Source: an uncultured Methanosarcinales archaeon
GTDB taxonomy: Archaea > Nanobdellota > Nanobdellia > Woesearchaeales > 21-14-0-10-32-9
Reading direction: 5' to 3'
Assembly (NCBI GenBank): GCA_964581965.1
Contig: CAZOPU010000003.1
Coordinates: 1 to 41,641, forward strand
Length of the DNA: 41,641 bases
In this document: positions 1-8,188 of the stretch, in pieces
How the letters are laid out: every line of letters starts with the position of its first letter
Numbering within the stretch: position 1 is the first letter of the stretch
Made by a program: the position numbers and the translations under genes
Notes under the pieces: generated by a model
Seen by the model: only the letters and a program-made list of their open reading frames with translations
Told to the model about the DNA's origin: nothing
Database searches by the model: none

Positions 1-1320
1 CTCCACAACAATTTCATACTCTCCAGATTCCTGCAAATCTGCAACAACAGGTATTTTAAGGTCAAAATAAGAGTTTTTTCTAAATACATATATCTTTGTA
101 ACTTCCGAGAATTTGATTCCTTCATTTTCCAGCCATACCGACAAGAGAGTTTTTCCTGAATCTCCCTTGAATCCAGAGACAGACACATACATAAAATAAA
201 TGCCTGGATTTTCGTAGGATATTTCTTCCTGCGAAGATATTTCTATATTAGTCTCGCGAGATAAATTATCTTCATTGACAAAAACAATAAGTTTGCCTGA
301 TGCATTTTCGCATCCCTCTATTCTTGATTTTATGACAAAATATTTTTGTCCCTCAAAGTCCTTTGGAGTGTAATATTTCTTTGCTTTGCTCGTAGTATTA
401 ACAGCAGACTTTACTTTTTCATTTCCATCTTCAATCCAATATTCTATAGGAAAATTATATTTTGAAGATGAAACTGAATTATTGCAGTCAATTATATTAA
501 ATTCTAATTTTTCTCCTAGAACAAATATATCTTTATTAGTTTCTATTTGTGGTAGGCAACTACAATCATGCAAAGCAGTAGAATTATCTGACTGATTCAC
601 TGTATAATTATTAATTCCTTCACCGGATTGGTCCGCATAACTGTAATTAGATTCATTTTTAAGATAATTATTTGAGTTATTAATTGAAACATTTACAGTT
701 TCGTTTACAGAGGAATTGTTATAATTATTTGATAAATTTCCACTCATATTGACAGAGTCATTTCTGGACGTATCTAAGATTTCCCCTGATTCGTCTTGAT
801 AGATATCCTGTGAATCATTTGCTGAACTGTTAAATATACCTTCAAAAGAGTAGTTAGCTGATTCATTTAATTGCCCACTGTAATTTTGTGGCAAAGACTC
901 AGAATAATACACTGTAATATTTTTGCACTCCAAATTATTTTCTATAATATAATCTTGGAAATTCAGTGCATCTATCCAAACACACAATGTATAGCTTCCC
1001 TCAATAATGCTCACAGTACCAAAGCCCGCCTCGCTGTATGAGTTTATAGTCTTTGCAACACTCCAGAATGTATAATTATAATCATTAGAAAGATTAACGT
1101 ATACAATCACTGACAGATTATCATTTACACCGATGGCATCATCGTTATTTGTCAATTTGATGAACTTTGTATAATTAGAAGAGTTTACAACAGATTGTAA
1201 TGTTATTTGTAATGACAAATCCTTAGTAACATCCTGTTGTGAATATGCAGATTGAACATATAGCAATACCATAGTAAAGTATATAACAAAATGTTTGAAA
1301 GTTTGTTTTTCATATACCAT
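1..1320 (-). CDS. Secreted Asn/Ser-rich putative surface (glyco)protein; N-terminal 440 codons only, as the ORF runs off the left window edge
   Basis: Absent from the ORF track because there is no stop codon inside the window. Hand translation of the minus strand from ATG 1320..1318 gives 440 uninterrupted codons down to position 1. The N-terminus MVYEKQTFKHFVIYFTMVLLYVQSAYSQQ looks like a signal peptide. About two dozen N-x-S/T sequons follow, and an N/S-rich low-complexity linker is encoded around 600-900. Confidence 0.6.
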   Translation of the reverse strand, partial: MVYEKQTFKHFVIYFTMVLLYVQSAYSQQDVTKDLSLQITLQSVVNSSNYTKFIKLTNNDDAIGVNDNLSVIVYVNLSNDYNYTFWSVAKTINSYSEAGFGTVSIIEGSYTLCVWIDALNFQDYIIENNLECKNITVYYSESLPQNYSGQLNESANYSFEGIFNSSANDSQDIYQDESGEILDTSRNDSVNMSGNLSNNYNNSSVNETVNVSINNSNNYLKNESNYSYADQSGEGINNYTVNQSDNSTALHDCSCLPQIETNKDIFVLGEKLEFNIIDCNNSVSSSKYNFPIEYWIEDGNEKVKSAVNTTSKAKKYYTPKDFEGQKYFVIKSRIEGCENASGKLIVFVNEDNLSRETNIEISSQEEISYENPGIYFMYVSVSGFKGDSGKTLLSVWLENEGIKFSEVTKIYVFRKNSYFDLKIPVVADLQESGEYEIVVE

Positions 1321-1425
1321 AAAAAAAGAACTTTTCCTGTGTTAATATCCCCTTCTAATTCCAATCCGCCAAGATTACAAAAAACACGAAAATTATTCAG
1401 AAAAAGAGACTTATTTATAGCATAA

Positions 1426-2622
1426 TTATTTATCACTCACTATTTCTATTACATCCCCATACTTCAATATGTGATCCTTGCCAACTGTTCTTTTTGTCTT
1501 TACATCTATTGCCCGTATGAATTTCTCTCCTAAATCAGTATGAATCTTAAATGCAAAGTCAAGTGCAGTGCTCCCATCCTTAAGCAAGAAGCAATCAGGC
1601 ATTACGTTTCCATACTGGTCTTCCAGCTTGTTTACTCCACCAGGAAATATAGGTATCAACTTTAGCAGATCAAATACTGCCGTATTGATTACTTTCTGCA
1701 CACCTGTTCCGTCAGGGAATTTTTTAAGTACATTTGCATCAATGAATTCTAGTGCCTTTTGCTGTTTTTCATTAAATGAGCCTATTAATTCAAAGCTTGT
1801 TTCTCCTGGGATGTATTTTATCATCTTATGCTTTGATGCCTCCCTTAATGCGAGCTCCGCTTCTGCGCTGCACGGAACTATTAGTTTGTCTGGATTTATT
1901 TTCTTAAGTCTTTCATAATTGTCCCACGCGCCCTTCACATCTATTTTGTTTGCAGCTATAATCATTGGCTTTGTCTTCGCCCTTAATGCCTTAGCAAAGC
2001 CCATCAAGTCATCCTTAGACCAGCTGATAAGCTTCTTCTCAAGAAGATTGAGCTGCTTTAGTATCTGCTTTATCATTTCCTCAGTACTGCCAAGCCCCGA
2101 GAATTGCTTGTTAAGCGCTTTCTCTGTTTCAGTATTTGTCTGGACTACTGTTCTTGAGAATTTTTCCCATGACTTATTTAATATATTAAGATACCAAAAG
2201 TCCAGCTCGTTCTCTAGGAATAATATGTCTTCCTGAGGATCCCTTGTCCCCGGAGCTACAGGCTCCCCTTTTTCATTTGTGCTTCCAGATACATCTATAA
2301 CGTGTATCAAGGCATCCGCCTGGTTGAGATCATTAAGAAATTCAAGCCCCATTCCCTTTCCTTCGTGTGCTCCTGGAACAAGACCTGCAACATCTATCAT
2401 ATTTATAGAAACGAATCTTTTATGATCTACACAATATCCAATCCTAGGATTGCATTGTACATTGAAGAATTTGTCTGCACAGTCTATTTTTACGAATCCT
2501 ATTCCTGTATTTGGTTTTATTGTAGCGAACGGATAATTTGCTATCTCTACATCTGCAAGAGTGCTAGCCTTGAAAAAGGTGCTCTTGCCTACATTCGCTT
2601 TTCCTACAACTCCTATTATCAT
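1426..2622 (-). CDS. YchF/OLA1-related P-loop GTPase/ATPase with a C-terminal TGS-like domain
   Basis: G1 motif GVVGKANVGKSTFF and G3-like DVAGLVPGA are present. NKID (AANKID) serves as the G4 motif. The C-terminus ends in KDHILKYGDVIEIV, which is TGS-like. ATG start at 2622. Confidence 0.8.
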   Translation of the reverse strand: MIIGVVGKANVGKSTFFKASTLADVEIANYPFATIKPNTGIGFVKIDCADKFFNVQCNPRIGYCVDHKRFVSINMIDVAGLVPGAHEGKGMGLEFLNDLNQADALIHVIDVSGSTNEKGEPVAPGTRDPQEDILFLENELDFWYLNILNKSWEKFSRTVVQTNTETEKALNKQFSGLGSTEEMIKQILKQLNLLEKKLISWSKDDLMGFAKALRAKTKPMIIAANKIDVKGAWDNYERLKKINPDKLIVPCSAEAELALREASKHKMIKYIPGETSFELIGSFNEKQQKALEFIDANVLKKFPDGTGVQKVINTAVFDLLKLIPIFPGGVNKLEDQYGNVMPDCFLLKDGSTALDFAFKIHTDLGEKFIRAIDVKTKRTVGKDHILKYGDVIEIVSDK

Positions 2623-2782
2623 AACATTAAGAAAATCATTTTTTTTAAAAATATTTCTTATATTTAGTTTCCGAAGATAGAAAATTTATTCATAAGCTTT
2701 TTAAACGACAGAATAAAAAAAGAAAACAGGAAGGAAAATAGAAAGAAATTAGGTATATTAAGAAAATACCGGGGGTAACCGT

Positions 2783-3286
2783 ATGGCTGAGAAAATGTTA
2801 AAATCTATAAAAACTATGCCGAAGAAAATGCCTGAAACTACGAAAAGTGAATCGGGCTGCTGCAGGGCCAAGTGGAATCTTATCCCATTAAGATTTGCTT
2901 TAGGTCTAATGTTCTTTGCTGCAGGACTGCCAAAACTTATAAGTCTAATAGGTGGAGGGAGTCAGATCCCTCAGTTCTTCTCAGGACTTGGAATACCTCT
3001 CGCAGGATTCTTTGCGTGGGTAGTGGCAATTGTAGAGACTCTAGGAGGAATAATGCTCATACTTGGAGTACTGACGTGGTGGACAGGACTTGCTCTTGGA
3101 ATAGTTATGGTAGTTGCAACATTGCTTACATCTATTAATCCTATGAACTGGGGAAGCCTAACTAAGCATCTGGTCTATATTGCAGGTTTGGTCGCACTTA
3201 TGTTCGGAAGCAAGTATTTCAGCCTGACAAAATGCAAATGCGGAGATGATTGCTCCTGTGCATTATGCAGATGCAAAAAAAATTAG
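2783..3286 (+). CDS. DoxX-family integral membrane protein with a Cys-rich C-terminal tail
   Basis: DoxX-like core LRFALGLMFFAAGLPKL...VAIVETLGGIMLILGV with four hydrophobic helices. SD-like GGGGGT lies 6 nt upstream of the ATG. The tail is KCKCGDDCSCALCRCKKN. Confidence 0.65.
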   Translation: MAEKMLKSIKTMPKKMPETTKSESGCCRAKWNLIPLRFALGLMFFAAGLPKLISLIGGGSQIPQFFSGLGIPLAGFFAWVVAIVETLGGIMLILGVLTWWTGLALGIVMVVATLLTSINPMNWGSLTKHLVYIAGLVALMFGSKYFSLTKCKCGDDCSCALCRCKKN

Positions 3287-3350
3287 GCTGATTTTTTATA
3301 TCTTTATTTTTTAATACTTCTTATTTATTATAACTAGATGTGTTTTTTCA

Positions 3351-3364
3351 AAATCTTTATATCA
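3351..3364 (+). promoter_or_regulatory. BRE/TATA-like box for rfcL (leaderless-type spacing)
   Basis: AAATCTTTATATCA is centred about 27 nt upstream of the ATG at 3386. No SD lies between them. Confidence 0.45.
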
Positions 3365-3385
3365 TACATTCTATTTCCGTAAATA

Positions 3386-4594
3386 ATGTCGGATATTTGG
3401 ATTAAAAAACACGCACCATTGCTTCTGTCTGATATTATAGGACAACAGGAGCAGATGTCAAAGCTTAAGAAACTAGTGTTAGATTATAAAAAAGGGAAGA
3501 AACCCATATTTTTATATGGAGGCGTAGGAAGCGGAAAAAGCAGCTCTGTTTATGCCCTTGCAAGCGAATTGGGACTGGAGCTTATTGAGATAAATGCTTC
3601 AGACACAAGGAATGCGGATTCCATAAACACACTTCTTTCCGGAGTGATTCATCAAGGGTCGCTTTTCGGTACAGGAAAAATAATTCTTATTGATGAAATA
3701 GATGGACTTTCTGGAACAAGCGACAGAGGAGGAATATCTTCTCTTATGAAGATAATCCCTGAAAGCAGATACCCTGTAATTCTTATAGCGCAGGATGCAT
3801 ATACAGACAAACTTAAGGAATTAAGAAAAGAATCGGAGCTAATAGAGTTTAACCCTTTATCTTCTGATGACTTGCTGGCTCTTCTTAAAATAATATGCAA
3901 AAAAGAGAATGTAAAATACGACGAGGATGCTCTTTCACAGCTTGCAAGAATTTCTGGAGGAGACGGTAGGGCAGCAATTAATGATTTGCAGACAATAGTT
4001 AACGATGGTAAGATAACTTCTAAAATGGTCTCGGAACTAGGAGAAAGGAACACTACTGTGAAAATAGAGGAGTCTTTAAAGCGTGTTTTCAAGACTACGG
4101 ATCCTGGAGTTGCATTGGGAGCATTTGATGATATAGAAGAAGACATAGATAAGGTATTTCTATGGGTAGAAGAAAATATTCCAAAGGAATACTTGAATCC
4201 TGAGCATCTTTCAAACGCGTTTGATTCCCTTTCATTAGCAGATGTGTTCTATGGGAGAATAAGAAGATGGCAATACTATAGGTTTTATGTATACTGCTAC
4301 AACTTGATGACTGCAGGAATTGCACTATCAAAAGAAAAAAAGTATTCATCTAATATTTCTTATAAACCTACTTCAAGGCTCCTTAAAATATGGATTTATA
4401 ACAATGCAAATGCAAAAAAGAAATCTATTTCGCAAAAGATTGCAGGAATTACCCACACATCTGCAAAAAGAGCATATAGAGACACAGTTCCCTTCCTACA
4501 GGCGCTGTTCAAAAAGGAAAGGAAAATGTCCTCCAGTATTTCTAAGGAAGCTAATCTAAGCGATGAGGAAATAACTTGGTTAAGGACAAAATAA
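3386..4594 (+). CDS. rfcL: Replication factor C, large subunit
   Basis: N-terminus WIKKHAPLLLSDIIGQQEQ. AAA+ P-loop YGGVGSGKSS. Walker B ILIDEIDGL. Length and C-terminal helical region fit archaeal RfcL. Confidence 0.85.
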   Translation: MSDIWIKKHAPLLLSDIIGQQEQMSKLKKLVLDYKKGKKPIFLYGGVGSGKSSSVYALASELGLELIEINASDTRNADSINTLLSGVIHQGSLFGTGKIILIDEIDGLSGTSDRGGISSLMKIIPESRYPVILIAQDAYTDKLKELRKESELIEFNPLSSDDLLALLKIICKKENVKYDEDALSQLARISGGDGRAAINDLQTIVNDGKITSKMVSELGERNTTVKIEESLKRVFKTTDPGVALGAFDDIEEDIDKVFLWVEENIPKEYLNPEHLSNAFDSLSLADVFYGRIRRWQYYRFYVYCYNLMTAGIALSKEKKYSSNISYKPTSRLLKIWIYNNANAKKKSISQKIAGITHTSAKRAYRDTVPFLQALFKKERKMSSSISKEANLSDEEITWLRTK

Positions 4595-4649
4595 GCAATA
4601 CTGCAGAATAACAAATAACTTTTTATATTAATAAACCTAATAAAATAAA

Positions 4650-4898
4650 ATGGACGAGTATCTTCAGCCAACCACAAGAAATATTCTGAAGTGGGGAGCA
4701 ATAATGCTTTGCCTGCTTCTCGCATTAACAGCCATTCTTGCTATACTTGGTTCTGGAGGAGAAAATAAGGAAACATTTCTGAAGCTGTTCTTTTATATGT
4801 CCCCATTTGCAGCTGCACTGGTTGTTATTCCGACAGCGATAACATTAATAGTTACAAAGTTGCATTACAGAAATATGAAAAAAAAAGAAAATAAATAA
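4650..4898 (+). CDS. Small hypothetical membrane protein (2 predicted TM helices)
   Basis: ATG-started 82-aa ORF. It has two hydrophobic stretches (WGAIMLCLLLALTAILAILG and FAAALVVIPTAITLIVT) and a basic C-terminus. No recognisable family. Confidence 0.4.
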   Translation: MDEYLQPTTRNILKWGAIMLCLLLALTAILAILGSGGENKETFLKLFFYMSPFAAALVVIPTAITLIVTKLHYRNMKKKENK

Positions 4899-5483
4899 TT
4901 ATTCCTTGAGATATAATTTCTTTATTGTTATGGTTTCTACAGGCCAATCCTGGTAATATGTAAAGTTTCCCGTTTTTACTTTCGCAATCTGGTCCACTAC
5001 ATCCATTCCAACAACTACTTTTCCAAATACAGCATAACCATCATTTCCAGGTCTGTAATTCAAAAATTCATTATCGACAGTATTTATGAAAAACTGGCTT
5101 GTTGCACTATCCGGAACATTAGTTCTAGCCATAGCCACTGTTCCCCTCATGTTCTTAAGCCCGTTATTAGATTCCAGTTTTATAGGGGCCTTGGTTTTCT
5201 TCTGAGTACCATTGTAATAGAATCCCCCTCCCTGTATCATAAAATTAGGGATTACTCTGTGGAATATCAAACCGTCATAATATCCTTCCTTTGTATAATT
5301 AAGGAAATTTTCAGTTGTTATTGGTGCATTCTTTGGGTCTAATTCTATTTCTATTACTCCTTTTGATGTCTCCACCACTACTACGGGATTCTTCATGTTT
5401 TCATCCTCCTTGCTGCATCCAGTCAAGCCAAAGCAAAAAGCAACAAGAGCCATCGAAATCAATATTATCGAAATAAATTTCAT
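4899..5483 (-). CDS. ppiB: Cyclophilin-type peptidyl-prolyl cis-trans isomerase, predicted secreted lipoprotein
   Basis: Cyclophilin signature [16 protein letters not shown]-terminal signal peptide with lipobox LTGC. SD GAGGTG lies 7 nt upstream of the ATG. Confidence 0.9.
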   Translation of the reverse strand: MKFISIILISMALVAFCFGLTGCSKEDENMKNPVVVVETSKGVIEIELDPKNAPITTENFLNYTKEGYYDGLIFHRVIPNFMIQGGGFYYNGTQKKTKAPIKLESNNGLKNMRGTVAMARTNVPDSATSQFFINTVDNEFLNYRPGNDGYAVFGKVVVGMDVVDQIAKVKTGNFTYYQDWPVETITIKKLYLKE

Positions 5484-5562
5484 ATAAACACCTCATTTTG
5501 CTTGATGCTTTTAGTCTAATCTGCAAATGCTCTTCTATATTTATACTAAAAGCAGTCAACCC

Positions 5563-6255
5563 CTAATAGATGTTGGAATTCCTTAGTGAGTTTATATGTT
5601 TTTTTATTCCTTCAACATGACCTGCACCCACTATGGCCATCACTTTAGAATCTGGATTCCCTTTCATAAGCAAGTATATCTTCCTCGCCATGAACCTGTT
5701 TCTGTCCTCTAGAAGAACATTGTAAAACCCAGGATACCTGTCTTTCATCTGGTTCATTAATTCCAGTATTAGTTGGTCTTCGGGAATCTTTCTTATGTCT
5801 ATTTTTATCCTTTTCTTTTTGGAGAAAGGCGCAGAAAATATGTCCAGAACTATTCTTAGTTTTTCCCTTAGCTTTACTTTTTTGCTTAGGTTCCTAAGGG
5901 TAATTGATGCATCCTGATCTATAAGCTCCATCCTTATTTTGTTATTTTTTGCAAGGGTTACACCAAGGAGCATATCTTCGCCAGGATTCATCCCTGCAAG
6001 ATTTCCTAATTTCTTCTGCAATGCCTTTCCTACTATTGCAAAAATAAATCCTGTTATTCCCAATCTTCTTATGGATGGCGCTCCTTTTGCTTTGTCTGGA
6101 TTCATAAGAGCGTAAAGTCTTCCCCTATCTAGCTCAACGCATATTACGTCAGGTCTGAACTGGGAAAATTCCTTTTTTATTCTTTCCTTTGATTCTTTGG
6201 ATATGTGGCTCGTTCCTACAATTGTTAAATTTTGCTCATTTATCATGTTAATCAT
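5563..6255 (-). CDS. TraB/PrgY/GumN-family protein
   Basis: Family motifs IVGTSHISKES...PDVICVELDRGR and VGAGHVEGI. The ORF track starts at a TTG (6258); the first ATG is at 6255. Confidence 0.8.
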   Translation of the reverse strand: MINMINEQNLTIVGTSHISKESKERIKKEFSQFRPDVICVELDRGRLYALMNPDKAKGAPSIRRLGITGFIFAIVGKALQKKLGNLAGMNPGEDMLLGVTLAKNNKIRMELIDQDASITLRNLSKKVKLREKLRIVLDIFSAPFSKKKRIKIDIRKIPEDQLILELMNQMKDRYPGFYNVLLEDRNRFMARKIYLLMKGNPDSKVMAIVGAGHVEGIKKHINSLRNSNIY

Positions 6256-6283
6256 CAAATGCTAATGTATAGAACTGGATTGA

Positions 6284-7030
6284 TTAAAATAATTTATCCA
6301 TTACAGAACTGCTCAAGTAGTCAAACCCATGATTGCGAATATCTATAATTAGCCTCCTAGAACATTCCTGAGAAGGAAACATTACATATTTGTCTATAAA
6401 CTCCGATGCATAAGGGAATCTTTTCTCTGCCAATGTTCCCTGCAGCATTTCATCAGAAATATCTTTCAGATTTATTATTCCTTTTTTCGACAGCATACCT
6501 GCGAAACCTCGCAGTCCTTCATATTGCGCAGGCACATTAAATGGCTCTTTCATACTCTGACCGGAGTATCTTTCAAGAAATTCTTCCCTTAGCAATTCCA
6601 TATTATTTTTTGAAATATTCACTATGTCTCCTATTCTCTCGTATTTTCCGTCCATATATGATATTTGCCTTAATACTTCCCTTATTTCATCTACATATTC
6701 CTTTTTAGTTGACCATGAAGGAATAATCTCAAGAAGGAACTTTTCAGTGTCAAATAATACCCTGTCTGCCAGTCCAAGACCGTTAAGTTGCTCTCCTTCG
6801 TATAGTTGTTTTTTTCTAGAAAAGAACAACGAGCCTATGTTTTTGAAATGTATATCCTTGTCGTTGAAGTATTCTGTTATTTTTTTGTTGGCATCCCCAA
6901 GAAATGAAAACATTGTCTGAGGAACTAAAACATTGCCTGAAAGGAGCACTTCAAGGTATTCTTTTCTTGGAATACCTATGTCAAAATAGTAATCTGCCAC
7001 AGAGTATCCAAAATTAAATTCTTTATTCAT
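6284..7030 (-). CDS. Hypothetical protein (no recognisable family), probably co-transcribed with TraB
   Basis: Clean 248-aa ATG ORF ending about 28 nt upstream of the traB-like start. Composition is non-repetitive. I recognise no motifs. Confidence 0.5.
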   Translation of the reverse strand: MNKEFNFGYSVADYYFDIGIPRKEYLEVLLSGNVLVPQTMFSFLGDANKKITEYFNDKDIHFKNIGSLFFSRKKQLYEGEQLNGLGLADRVLFDTEKFLLEIIPSWSTKKEYVDEIREVLRQISYMDGKYERIGDIVNISKNNMELLREEFLERYSGQSMKEPFNVPAQYEGLRGFAGMLSKKGIINLKDISDEMLQGTLAEKRFPYASEFIDKYVMFPSQECSRRLIIDIRNHGFDYLSSSVMDKLF

Positions 7031-7051
7031 TTAAATAACCTAGTAGTGAAA

Positions 7052-7073
7052 CTTAAAACAATCTTAAAACAAT
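7052..7073. repeat. Perfect tandem direct repeat, 2 x 11 bp (CTTAAAACAAT)
   Basis: CTTAAAACAAT occurs at 7052..7062 and 7063..7073, 22-43 nt upstream of the ATG at 7030. This is where the promoter of that gene must lie. Confidence 0.7.
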
Positions 7074-7142
7074 TTACTAAAAGTATTCAAAATAAAATGT
7101 ATAAACTAAAAATAAAGCAATATTTTAAAAAACTTGTGAATT

Positions 7143-7940
7143 TTAATTTTTTACTTTTATTGCATTCCAAGACAGGTTAAACAGCTGAGATAGTGCACCT
7201 GCGAAGAACTTTGTGTTCAGCCATATTCCTATATCATAGCTTGGGTGAACATCTGCATCATGAGCAAGCATGAACATTACTGATTCATCGTCTACTATGC
7301 AGAATCTTGCGCTAAGATTTAGGTCTTTTATTTCTGCGATTTTTCTTAGCTCTCTTATTTCTTCTGTTTCTTTCTTTATTGGCGCGGAGATTTTTACTGC
7401 GACTCCTCTTTCCTTTGCTTTCTTTATGTGCTTTATTAGAACGTCTGCTTTTCTTTTGAGCCCGTCTTCGGTCGTGGCTATTATTATTGATTCTTCTGCT
7501 TCTTTTATCATTGTTATAAGCTGGTCATAAAGATTATCTCTTCCTTTTATTGAGCCAGACAAATCTGTTGGGTCTACAAGCTCAACGCCGTTTGAATGAA
7601 GCTTTACAAGATCGTTAAGAATTTCAGAGTCCCTTAATTCTTCAAGCATGCTTACTGATTTTTCTGCATCTTCCTTTATGTTTTTCTTTACTCTTTCTAG
7701 AACTTCTTTTGGTGGCACAGCAATATATTTTATAGGCTTGCCTATTTTCATTATAACAAAACCCTTCTTCTCAAGACTCTCAAGAACATCATAACTCCTA
7801 CTCCTAGGAACATTAGCAATATCAGAAAGCTCACCAGCAGTACTAACACCCCTAGACAACAAAGCAGTCCAAATTTTTGCTTCGTAACTGTTGATTCCAA
7901 AATCCTTGAGTTTGTTCAAAAAGTCTTTTTGTACTAACAT
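7143..7940 (-). CDS. TrmB-family transcriptional regulator
   Basis: N-terminal winged HTH: FGINSYEAKIWTALLSRGVSTAGELSDIANVPRSRSYDVLESLEKKGFV. A coiled-coil and a C-terminal domain follow, as in TrmB-like regulators. Confidence 0.85.
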   Translation of the reverse strand: MLVQKDFLNKLKDFGINSYEAKIWTALLSRGVSTAGELSDIANVPRSRSYDVLESLEKKGFVIMKIGKPIKYIAVPPKEVLERVKKNIKEDAEKSVSMLEELRDSEILNDLVKLHSNGVELVDPTDLSGSIKGRDNLYDQLITMIKEAEESIIIATTEDGLKRKADVLIKHIKKAKERGVAVKISAPIKKETEEIRELRKIAEIKDLNLSARFCIVDDESVMFMLAHDADVHPSYDIGIWLNTKFFAGALSQLFNLSWNAIKVKN

Positions 7941-8129
7941 GTATTTTCACCTATAATTGTATTAATGAGCATAATCAATTCTATTACGCCTAATCAGTGA
8001 GTAATACTGCCTTATTTATAAATATTTCTGTTTGTAACTATTGCTTAGTAAATACAAACAATAGTTTTATAAATTAGATTTTATTAATTTAATAATCTAG
8101 TAAAAGAACTCTAAGAACTAGTCCTAATC

Positions 8130-8176
8130 AAAAAAAAAACGACGCCACAAGCCCATAAATTTGAATTAGCGACGTC
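8130..8176 (-). terminator. Hairpin plus U10 tract downstream of rpl14e
   Basis: Minus-strand RNA is GACGUCGC-(20 nt loop)-GUGGCGUC, an 8 bp stem with 2 G-U pairs, then G and ten U (plus-strand A-run 8130..8139). It starts 13 nt after the rpl14e stop. Confidence 0.45.
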
Positions 8177-8188
8177 TTTCTAGAAAAA

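Noticed and set aside
386-595. 69-aa plus-strand ORF near the left edge.
   Set aside because: It is antisense to the 440-codon surface-protein frame and has no start context.
1349-1367. CCCCTTCTAATTCCAATCC upstream of the surface-protein gene, which resembles the C-string and first half of the ORB element.
   Set aside because: It lacks the GGAA half of the dyad and needs an indel to align. It is a single isolated copy with no inverted partner, so it is probably chance or a decayed copy.
1203-1436. 77-aa minus-strand ORF listed in the track at the left end.
   Set aside because: It is out of frame with, and overlaps the start of, the 440-codon open frame (ATG at 1320). That frame has a proper signal peptide and continues to the window edge. 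The 77-aa ORF also runs into the GTPase gene's 3' end.
3386-4594. The RFC large-subunit P-loop reads GGVGSGKS rather than the usual GPPGxGKT, so I considered an inactive pseudo-ATPase.
   Set aside because: The general GxxxxGK[ST] Walker A and the DEID Walker B are intact. The deviation is within normal family variation as far as sequence alone can show.
8075-8099. 25-bp near-palindrome TAGATTTTATTAATTTAATAATCTA downstream of the rpl14e terminator.
   Set aside because: It is almost pure A/T in an AT-rich spacer and needs a 1-nt offset between inner and outer arms. It is easily produced by chance.
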